Translations under genes and position numbers: made by a program | From: Naegleria gruberi | Lineage: Eukaryota | Direction: 5' to 3' (one strand) | Assembly: GCA_000004985.1 (NCBI GenBank) | Contig: GG739156.1 | Length of the DNA stretch: 6,127 nucleotides | Part shown: piece after piece, positions 1 through 5,910 of the stretch | How the letters are laid out: the number at the start of each line of letters is the position of its first letter | Position numbering within the stretch: the first letter of the stretch is position 1 | The notes under the pieces: model-generated | What the model saw: the letters and a program-made list of their open reading frames with translations, nothing else | Database searches by the model: none | What the model was told of the DNA's origin: nothing

Positions 1-17
1 TATTATTATTATTATAA
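1..17. repeat. (TAT)n / (AAT)n trinucleotide microsatellite at the window edge
   Basis: The window opens with 'tattattattattata'. On the minus strand this sits in frame inside NFS1 exon 2 and encodes a run of Asn residues ('...DQFYNNNN'). The repeat probably continues beyond the window start. Confidence 0.6.
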
Positions 18-423
18 AATTGATCTAAACACACCTTGATTGCATAATTATTACTTTCTGTTCCTCCACTGTTTTACAGTGTGTCATTCATAATTTGCAT
101 TAAAAAACAAACCTCGTAAAAATCACCTCATCGGGATGACAATTCAACAATTGGGAAACTTGAATACGTGATCGTGTGACTGCCTTCTTAGTAATAGTGC
201 CGTAGTGATGAGACGAAGATGGATTGCCAAAATGTTGGGTCATGTATGGAATCATTGCAGAGGAGACTGCAACATCTATTGGTGTGGTAGCATTATAGTC
301 CAAGTAGATGAGCGACATTTTTTTAATTTGGTTATTGAATAGAGTAAAATTGTTGATTATGTATTCAGTTGGAGAATTGAAACAGTTAAATAGTTTAGGC
401 ATTGTAACAATAATATTAGCCAT
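1..423 (-). CDS. NFS1: Cysteine desulfurase (NifS/IscS/Nfs1 family), 5' part of the gene. Exon 1 is 423..113; a GT-AG intron spans 112..69; exon 2 is 68..1 and runs off the window edge.
   Basis: The translation 'MSLIYLDYNATTPIDVAVSSAMIPYMTQHFGNPSSSHHYGTITKKAVTRSRIQVSQLLNCHPDEVIFT' is the classic N-terminal PLP-enzyme motif block of NifS/IscS/NFS1 (compare 'LYLDxQATTPxDPRV...GNPHSRTH...EAxxxAR.QVA.LI.A...EIIFTSGATESNN'). The un-spliced ORF stops after 'VIFTRFVF'. Removing 44 nt (minus-strand AG|GTTTGT...AAAACAG|T) restores the frame to 'SGGTESNNYAIKVCLDQFYNNNN', which matches the conserved 'TSGATESNNLAIKGVAHFY' continuation. The first ATG is at 423..421 in an A-rich context; 35 residues precede the conserved core and are a possible targeting extension. 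Standard code, no internal stops. Confidence 0.85.
69..112 (-). other. Spliceosomal intron (44 nt, GT...AG) in NFS1
   Basis: The minus-strand sequence 'gtttgttttttaatgcaaattatgaatgacacactgtaaaacag' lies between 'ACG AG' and 'T GGA GGA ACA GAA AGT AAT AAT'. Its removal is needed to join two segments that both match conserved NifS sequence. Its length is not a multiple of 3, and the reading-through frame hits a stop at 100..102. Confidence 0.75.
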
Positions 424-468
424 TAAATATATTGAGGAGTTGGGAGAATTGACTCTAAATCTAAACCC

Positions 469-771
469 ATGAAATCTTTAAACGATTTGAAATTGAACTG
501 TTGGTTAAGTTTACTATCTTATATTAGCACAAATTTGAATCTATTAAGCAAGGGAGAATTAGAACGGGAATTTGTGCTCGGTTTTGCAAACAAGATACGA
601 TCTATGGTTCAAGAATATGATTCTTCTTTGGATTATCTTTTGAAGGTTCCGTGTTATGTTTCTACTGCTGTCGAGGGTTTCAATTTCGATAATTGTCGTA
701 AAATATTCATCGATATACATGAAAAAGAAAGAAACATGTCAAGAGCAAAAATTGAAAAAAAATCAAAGTAG
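469..771 (+). CDS. Hypothetical small ORF (100 aa) with a real ATG at 469 and an A-rich context. It may be the first exon of an unresolved plus-strand gene, or spurious.
   Basis: ORF-track entry 'MKSLNDLKLNCWLSLL...'. No recognisable family. Its length is within chance expectation for a stop-poor frame. It overlaps ORF 656..940, and a further open frame spans 933..1199. Its start lies only 46 bp from the NFS1 ATG on the opposite strand. Confidence 0.15.
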   Translation: MKSLNDLKLNCWLSLLSYISTNLNLLSKGELEREFVLGFANKIRSMVQEYDSSLDYLLKVPCYVSTAVEGFNFDNCRKIFIDIHEKERNMSRAKIEKKSK

Positions 772-1638
772 AAACAAGACGATGCTCTGCATGATGTTGG
801 CAAAAATTATTTCAAAAATAAGTACAGTCTCTATGAGATTGCAACAACAGAATGCTACTTTTCTTCAGCGAAAATTCTATTCAGAAAACGATAGACCGTG
901 GGAGGTGAGAAGGATTGACAAATATTTTATAAAAAATTAAGAAGTCGCTCAAAAAACAAAAATTTGTTAAAGTCGAGCCGAAGGTTTATTGGACCAAGAG
1001 TGAGACAGTGTGTTCAAAGTATCAATTACCACTTGTTCTTCTAGAAACAAGTACTTCTGGGTTCTTGTACATGAACCTTCGCTTTAATGTACCAACAATT
1101 TCAAGTAAATGGGCAGGCACTTATCTAGATGATGTTTTGGTGAGGAAGGAAGCAAAGGGAGAACTCTCCTCATGGTGGCTTCTCAAGGTAGCATGCTGAA
1201 GGTGGGAATACCGACCAATATACCTATTTAGCAGGGTGATGATGAAATCATGATGAGTAATTGTTGTTTGTTGTTTTTTTTTGTTGAATATTTAACGGTC
1301 AGAACAGACAACTTTCAGCGGTTATTGGTTGGCGCGAAATTACCGTGATGTAACATTTTTTAGCTCACCTCCCTCGGTCTAGAAAACGACTTCCTTAATT
1401 ATTCTTGCTTTTAAGCATGAATTAGCAAATTCGATTGTGACTTAATCAGCAATAATTTCTAATTTGGCAAACAAAATTTGAAAGCCTCAATATTCTGTTT
1501 TGGCCGAACATTTATTTTGTTCTTGAAAGATTGAGTTCTCAAAATTTCCCAAAGTTGTATGGTTCACATATTTTGTAAAGTTTATATGGCAAAGATTACC
1601 TTCACTGAAGTAAATAAGCTTCGAAGATAATCTCAATA

Positions 1639-2508
1639 TTAAAATATTAATAATATTGCGATGAATACAAAGAGTAGATATGGAATAAACATATTCACAT
1701 GGGTTGAACATTTAGAAATTGCAACTATTGAGCTACCCACATTTCTATTAGAGGAAGTATAAGTATTAACACTTTTCGAAGGTGTAATAAAAGAAGCAGT
1801 ACTTCCGCTCCAATAAGTCAAATCCAATACTCCATTCGGTAATCCAACATTGGTTGCATAAATTTCATGATTTCCTTCTACAGTAATGATATTAATTCCA
1901 TTTCTCCATAATTGAATATTTGGTTTTCCAGCTTGTAATGGAATAAAGAAAGAATTAATACCACTTGAATTAATCATAAATGTATAATTTGAATTCTCAA
2001 TAATAATTGTTAAAATTGATTGATCTGTTGTAAAGGTCAATACTTCAATTTGATTTGAAACACTTTGTGAAATTCCCATTGTAAAATTACATCCCATATT
2101 AGGTGCATAGGCATTGGTGGCTTCCTTTCTATAAAAATAATAAACAACATCTCTAATAATAGTTGGTTGTAATCCAGTTCTCCACCAATGTGCGTAATAA
2201 GCTGTTAAATCATAAAATCCGTTTCCTGTTGTATTTTGTAAATCAGTAATTGGTTGTAATTGACCACTTTCACTAAAATCATTCCAAGTTGCCACATGAA
2301 CAATATCTGCATTTGTTTGTAAAGTAGACATCCATGCATTTCTATAAGCTAAACTGTTATACGAATCATAGAGTATGCAATCTTTTGGTTTATAAGTTTG
2401 TGGCATCATTCCCAACCAAAATAATAAAGAATTATTAGATTTTGCATTCCTAACAGTTGAAGCATATGCAATAGATGAAGAACCTTGTGTCCTGATCTCA
2501 CTAATAAT
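1639..2508 (-). CDS. Glycoside hydrolase family 71 (alpha-1,3-glucanase / mutanase)-like, C-terminal half only. It ends in a GPI-anchor-like signal; the N-terminal catalytic half is absent. Candidate truncated gene or pseudogene.
   Basis: The translation contains 'ADIVHVATWNDFSESGQLQP'. This matches the GH71 signature 'VEIVTWNDYGESHYVGP' that I recall from fungal mutanases such as Trichoderma MutA. The downstream blocks are also colinear with that sequence ('...FIPLQAGKPNIQLWRNGINI...' versus '...FQIPASIGQQKFALTRNGQTV...'). The ORF-track start at 2415 is a TTG, not ATG; the first in-frame ATG is at 2409..2407. The frame stays open upstream to 2508, where a 3' splice-acceptor-like 'ccttgtcttag|' precedes it. 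The stop is at 1641..1639. The C-terminus 'SSNRNVGSSIVAISKCSTHVNMFIPYLLFVFIAILLIF' is a Ser-rich omega region followed by a hydrophobic tail. Only about 170 nt, with no ATG, separate this exon from the stop of the upstream CHAT gene on the same strand, so roughly 200 residues of the GH71 barrel have nowhere to be encoded. Confidence 0.7.
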   Translation of the reverse strand: MISEIRTQGSSSIAYASTVRNAKSNNSLLFWLGMMPQTYKPKDCILYDSYNSLAYRNAWMSTLQTNADIVHVATWNDFSESGQLQPITDLQNTTGNGFYDLTAYYAHWWRTGLQPTIIRDVVYYFYRKEATNAYAPNMGCNFTMGISQSVSNQIEVLTFTTDQSILTIIIENSNYTFMINSSGINSFFIPLQAGKPNIQLWRNGINIITVEGNHEIYATNVGLPNGVLDLTYWSGSTASFITPSKSVNTYTSSNRNVGSSIVAISKCSTHVNMFIPYLLFVFIAILLIF

Positions 2509-2683
2509 CTAAGACAAGGTTGCACAAAATAGACAAGAATAAACTAATATGTTTGTGTAATGTCCGTATTCTAGTATGAGAATCATCATGTGAATAGGAT
2601 GTATTGAGAGCTGGCTTTTCTTCTAGAAGATGTGCAACCAATACTCTTACATTATCAAACTAAGTACCACAGTGAATTTTCAA

Positions 2684-5113
2684 TTAATGGTTATTTTCAA
2701 AAGAAGGGTTCAAATATCCCCATACTTGTATGCTGCCCCATGTGTTAACTGAACCCCAAACTTGTTTTTTCTTTTTGTTTTGTAGAATGGCACTACGAAT
2801 ACTACTTCCTACATCCATGTTTGTTGTTGTCAAACACTTATAGAAATCGGACATAAGTATTCTCATGTAAGCATCATTTACTTCAGAACCCGTTGAAATA
2901 ACACAATCAACACCTGAAATCAATGCATTATAAACAAATCCCAATAATCCTTCTCCTGGTACATATTTCCCTTTACCAGAGTTACAGGAAGAAAATACCA
3001 CGAGTTTGATTTTGGATAAACATTTCTCACCAAAAGAAGTTGCATGTAAAAATTGCTTTCCATTTCTAAACAATTGTCCTGTTGCCATAAACTCATTTCC
3101 CTTTAGCCAAGAAAGTATGGTATCTTGAAAATTTTCTCCTTCCATCAATTCACTTGTTGCGTTAGAATGCATAGCTAAGTGAACAACATTGCATTCTTCG
3201 AGGTTCTCAGCTTTAGAGTAACACTGAACACCTCGGCCCATTAGAGTTTCTTTAATGCTATTAGATTCATGAATTGAATGTTTCAAATCTTCAGAATCCA
3301 GAATACATGCTGTTTTTATATTATCCTTTCCAACCTTCTTTGTGGGTGGAAATGTGGAAAATGATATCTTGTATTTCTCAATCAAAAAATTTCCATCTTT
3401 GTCTCTCAGTGCAAAAAATGGAAAAAAAGCTTCAGCACCATCTGAAGGCAGAATAATAATCTCATGTTTTAACTCTTCTTCGATAGGTTCTATCAATTTA
3501 GAATATAACAGTTGGAGATGTTTTTGTGTATAGTTTGATGGGTCAGAAAATAATTTGTTAACTTCAAAATCAAGTCGTTTCACTTTAACAATGGAGCCCT
3601 TGATGGTATAAATATACAAATCATCATTAAAAAAACTATATGCAATGATGCACAAATCAGGATCAAGTTTGGATTGAGTGTTGAAAAATCCCTTTACGCT
3701 GTCTAAATCTGTACAGTTAAATCTTGTCATTGACATTTTGACGATAAATGCTTCCTTGTATGACCTATTTTGTACTAAATATCTTTCATAATTTAACATA
3801 GGACCGTAAAAGCGACTTTGACATCCAAGGTTGTCTTTGGATTGTTTGAGTTCTGATAGATAGTTTTCATAATTCTCCTTCAAATATTGACTGTTGTTAT
3901 ATGATGAAACAAACGATACATTATTCGAAGCTATTCTGATTGAATGGTCATCGTTTAAAAGTATCGCCTCACCTAGTGCCATTTTAGCTAAATTAGAAGC
4001 CACCATAAAGTACTTGTTTTCAAAACAATATAATGCATAGGTAGTCAAAAATGAAGTTTTGTAATGACGAGTGAAAGTATAGGCTCTTTTTAAACAAATA
4101 TCAGCAAAATATTCCAGTCTATTTCTATAATGGGCCAAACGTAATCTAGAGTAAATATTAAAACAAATGACAAAATAGCTATTGATAATTTCATCTCGTG
4201 TAAGTGATACTGGTGCATGTTCAACACCTTGAATTTTACCCATAATTACTGGTATAACATGTTCAGTGATACTAATGGCCTGCTCATGTCTTCCCAAAAA
4301 TGACAATATCTCGGCTCTTTTTAGCAAACTTAGAGTGTTAACGGGAGGTGAAGTGTCACAACATTGTGTTATAATAGTAAATAATGAATAGGCCTTTTGA
4401 ATATGATTTTTGGTAAACAAGTAGTCTGCAAATATGTATAGAGTATTCATTTTGTCCGTTTCAGTTGAAAAATTGACTTTTTCAAATCTCATTATCTCTT
4501 TAATAAATGATTCCACTGTCTTGTAGTCATGTTGGTTTTGATACATTGAAATTAGGTTTGTATAATAAGTTAATTTCGAATAAGGATACATTAAAGTACA
4601 TAATTTCCATTCTTCTGTATCTTTAAATTCATTTGCTTTGAGCTTGTTAAATAATAGTTCTCCCCTTTGAAACACTCCATCTATTCGTGATGATCGAATA
4701 TATTTATATCTCTTGCTTTTTAACCATTCTTTTTCTCCCTTGTTCTCGAATATTTGTATCTCAATATCTCTCAATTTGCACAATGTTGAAAATCTTGTTT
4801 GTTGGAGTTGACGAAAATTACTACTCCATTTGATTTTACAATTAGTTAATAATTCGAAATTGCATGTAACAATACTCCAAAGAGATTCATTGTCTTGAAT
4901 AGTAAGTGTCAACAATGACAATACCTGCAAAATTTTGCCTTCATTAGATTGTAAATGTTTAGCATACAACCAACACCGTTCAAACTCTTTTTTACGGTAA
5001 TAACAAATAGCAATAAACTTCATGAGTTCATCATTAGAATATTTGCCTCCCTTTGCTTGTTGGTAAACTTCTATTGCTTTACTAAAATCTTTCTTGGTGT
5101 AGTGTTGGTGCAT
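2684..5113 (-). CDS. TPR-like repeat / CHAT-domain protein (caspase-like CD-clan cysteine protease), 809 aa, intronless
   Basis: A single uninterrupted 2430-nt ORF, extremely unlikely by chance in AT-rich DNA. The ATG is at 5113..5111, preceded by 'gtaaaaaaATG' and an in-frame stop 4 codons upstream; TAA is at 2686..2684. The C-terminal ~280 aa match CHAT block by block: 'LQLLYSKLIEPIEEELKHEIIILPSDGAEAFFPFFALRDKDGNFLIEKYKISF' (compare 'LYDLLIAPIEAEL...LVIVPDGALHYLPFAAL...YLIERYPISY'); the catalytic His in 'VVHLAMHS' (compare 'LHLATHG'); the catalytic Cys in 'LVVFSSCNSG' (compare 'LVVLSACETG'); 'GEGLLGFVYNALISGVDCVISTGSEVNDAYMRILMSDFY' (compare '[39 protein letters not shown]'); and a terminal '..TWGSIQVWGYL' (compare 'PYYWAAFVLIG'). 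The N-terminal ~480 aa are helical with TPR-like periodicity. Confidence 0.85.
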   Translation of the reverse strand: MHQHYTKKDFSKAIEVYQQAKGGKYSNDELMKFIAICYYRKKEFERCWLYAKHLQSNEGKILQVLSLLTLTIQDNESLWSIVTCNFELLTNCKIKWSSNFRQLQQTRFSTLCKLRDIEIQIFENKGEKEWLKSKRYKYIRSSRIDGVFQRGELLFNKLKANEFKDTEEWKLCTLMYPYSKLTYYTNLISMYQNQHDYKTVESFIKEIMRFEKVNFSTETDKMNTLYIFADYLFTKNHIQKAYSLFTIITQCCDTSPPVNTLSLLKRAEILSFLGRHEQAISITEHVIPVIMGKIQGVEHAPVSLTRDEIINSYFVICFNIYSRLRLAHYRNRLEYFADICLKRAYTFTRHYKTSFLTTYALYCFENKYFMVASNLAKMALGEAILLNDDHSIRIASNNVSFVSSYNNSQYLKENYENYLSELKQSKDNLGCQSRFYGPMLNYERYLVQNRSYKEAFIVKMSMTRFNCTDLDSVKGFFNTQSKLDPDLCIIAYSFFNDDLYIYTIKGSIVKVKRLDFEVNKLFSDPSNYTQKHLQLLYSKLIEPIEEELKHEIIILPSDGAEAFFPFFALRDKDGNFLIEKYKISFSTFPPTKKVGKDNIKTACILDSEDLKHSIHESNSIKETLMGRGVQCYSKAENLEECNVVHLAMHSNATSELMEGENFQDTILSWLKGNEFMATGQLFRNGKQFLHATSFGEKCLSKIKLVVFSSCNSGKGKYVPGEGLLGFVYNALISGVDCVISTGSEVNDAYMRILMSDFYKCLTTTNMDVGSSIRSAILQNKKKKQVWGSVNTWGSIQVWGYLNPSFENNH
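2714..3556 (-). other. CHAT protease domain (approximately residues 520-800). The predicted catalytic His649 codon is 3167..3169 and the Cys710 codon is 2984..2986.
   Basis: The motif alignment is described under the CDS. 'HLAMHS' maps to plus-strand 'agaatgcatagctaagtg' (3164..3181), and 'FSSCNSG' maps to 'accagagttacaggaagaaaa' (2975..2995). The dyad spacing of about 60 residues is typical of CHAT/caspase-fold proteases. The His is followed by Ser rather than the more usual Gly. Confidence 0.75.
3674..5113 (-). other. N-terminal alpha-helical, TPR-like repeat region of the CHAT protein (approximately residues 1-480)
   Basis: Recurrent ~34-residue units with W/L/Y/A/F patterning, e.g. 'AIEVYQQAKGGKYSNDELMKFIAICYYRKKEFERCWLYAKHLQ' and 'AYSLFTIITQ...AEILSFLGRHEQAISITEHV'. 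This was inferred by eye and not matched to an HMM. Confidence 0.4.
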
Positions 5114-5233
5114 TTTTTTACACCTCTACTTGGAGCTCTGTGAAGAAATAAAGTTGCGTAAATTTTTTTTACAGGTTATTTTTAGCCGTTATTACGAATT
5201 GACAGGCTTGTGATTGTCAAGTTGATCAAAAAA
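5114..5233. promoter_or_regulatory. Divergent intergenic/promoter region between the CHAT gene (minus strand, ATG 5113) and the plus-strand gene (candidate ATG 5234). A TATA-like 'CTAAAAATAA' lies on the minus strand at about 5185..5176.
   Basis: The region is 120 bp, has no ORF, and contains T/A homopolymer runs ('cattttttta', 'aatttttttt', 'caaaaaaatg'). The TATA-like element sits ~65-75 bp upstream of the CHAT ATG. Both flanking ATGs are in A-rich Kozak-like contexts. Confidence 0.25.
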
Positions 5234-5265
5234 ATGATTGAAATAATCTATTGCTCTCTCAGTGA

Positions 5266-5910
5266 AAACGGTTCGGATGTGCTGGTGCAGGTGCTGATAA
5301 CCACGATTTTTCTCTCCTCCAAAATGTACAGGTATTTGGGGATGAAGATGAATCTCCTTTGGAAATCCAATGGGATCATTTCACAGCTACCATCAAATCG
5401 GCCAATGGTTATGAAGAACTAACACTCAAATTGGATGGAGTTGAAAAGAAAGTGAGTGTTCCCAGTGAAGACGAGGTAAGAGCTCCTCCTAATTCTTTCA
5501 AAGATGCGAAGTGTAAAAACCGTGTAGGAAATAATGAACAAATTAAAATCTACAAGGAGGCGGTGAGGACATATAAAAACAAGGAGAAAGAGATGGGTTT
5601 GGGTGATTGCTCCAACAGAGAATATCTTGATAAAATTGAACGATTAGGAACAGGGAATCACGATGATATAAAGTTAGTGGTGAAGAATCGTGAAATAGCT
5701 GACAACTCACAAACTTCTCCCCAACAGCACTACTTGAAGCGTGGTGACAAATGTGAGTTGGTATCAAAAGAGGACGACCAACAAGAATGCCATAAATCTA
5801 TTACAAGACAGTTTCAAAACCAAGACAAGAAACTGGATATCGAAAAATCAAACCACGTCGAATATGGGAGGTTGATCGATGAACAGTTACAAAAGCACAG
5901 AAGGAAATAA
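5266..5910 (+). CDS. Hypothetical Lys/Glu/Asp-rich protein. The long open frame ends at TAA 5908..5910. The 5' exon or exons are unresolved, with a candidate first exon starting at ATG 5234 in a different frame.
   Basis: The frame runs 215 codons with no stop in roughly 30% GC DNA, for which chance expectation is negligible. It encodes '...FGDEDESPLEIQWDHFTATIKSANGYEELTLKLDGVEKKVSVPSEDE...KEKEMGLGDC...KSITRQFQNQDKKLDIEKSNHVEYGRLIDEQLQKHRRK'. There is no ATG in this frame before 'MGLGDC', and the ORF-track start at 5359 is a TTG. The ATG at 5234 ('caaaaaaATGa') opens a different frame (5234..5422). An intron whose length is 2 mod 3 (3n+2) would therefore be needed to join the two frames. There is no family-level recognition. 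Confidence 0.4.
   Translation, partial: KRFGCAGAGADNHDFSLLQNVQVFGDEDESPLEIQWDHFTATIKSANGYEELTLKLDGVEKKVSVPSEDEVRAPPNSFKDAKCKNRVGNNEQIKIYKEAVRTYKNKEKEMGLGDCSNREYLDKIERLGTGNHDDIKLVVKNREIADNSQTSPQQHYLKRGDKCELVSKEDDQQECHKSITRQFQNQDKKLDIEKSNHVEYGRLIDEQLQKHRRK

Noticed and set aside
1200-1450. A possible tRNA or C/D-box snoRNA in the intergenic region, suggested by tandem UGAUGA motifs and a GC-rich patch.
   Set aside because: No GTTCGAATC-like T-arm or cloverleaf could be built. No downstream CUGA D box or terminal stem pairs with the C-box-like motifs. The motifs are within chance for this sequence.
2519-2639. A 9-bp inverted repeat, 'ggttgcaca' at 2519..2527 and 'tgtgcaacc' at 2631..2639, flanks ~100 bp. 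It could be a hairpin or a transposon terminal inverted repeat (TIR).
   Set aside because: A 9-mer inverted match is expected many times by chance in 6 kb. There are no target-site duplications and no other TIR-like ends around the CHAT gene.
2645-2654. An apparent 'ATG' immediately before the GTAAGA donor could be a one-codon first exon for the GH71 gene (ATG|GTAAGA).
   Set aside because: The sequence is 'aATGtaagag'. The G of ATG is itself the first base of the GT donor, so ATG|GT is not available. No start codon exists in the 33 nt between the CHAT stop and the donor.
3274-3533. The antisense small ORFs 3274..3456 and 3342..3533, together with 4955..5143, 5543..5767 and 1487..1711, could be overlapping genes.
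   Set aside because: All are 60-75 codons, lie antisense to or out of frame with strongly supported CDSs, have no recognisable motifs, and are within chance length. They are most likely shadows of the real genes.
2684-5113. The TPR-CHAT protein could be Csx29, the protease partner of type III-E CRISPR (Cas7-11), or part of another prokaryotic defence operon.
   Set aside because: There is no CRISPR repeat array, no large Cas7-11-like ORF and no operon structure in the window. The neighbouring genes have spliceosomal introns, a GPI signal and A-rich Kozak contexts, so the context is eukaryotic. Only the domain architecture is bacterial-like.
2684-5113. The large helical-repeat protein with a caspase-like C-terminus could be separase (ESP1).
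   Set aside because: Separases are roughly 1200-2100 aa and have a different catalytic-Cys context. This 809-aa protein matches CHAT-specific blocks (GEG..G......S.W.V.D, LVV.S.C..G) rather than separase motifs.
5476-5503. The 28-nt segment 'gtaagagctcctcctaattctttcaaag' looks like a GTAAGA...AG mini-intron in the plus-strand gene.
   Set aside because: It is too short for the intron sizes seen elsewhere in the window (44 nt). Its length is not 3n, yet the surrounding frame reads straight through it without a stop, and the translated 'VRAPPNSFK' is protein-like. It is most likely exonic.
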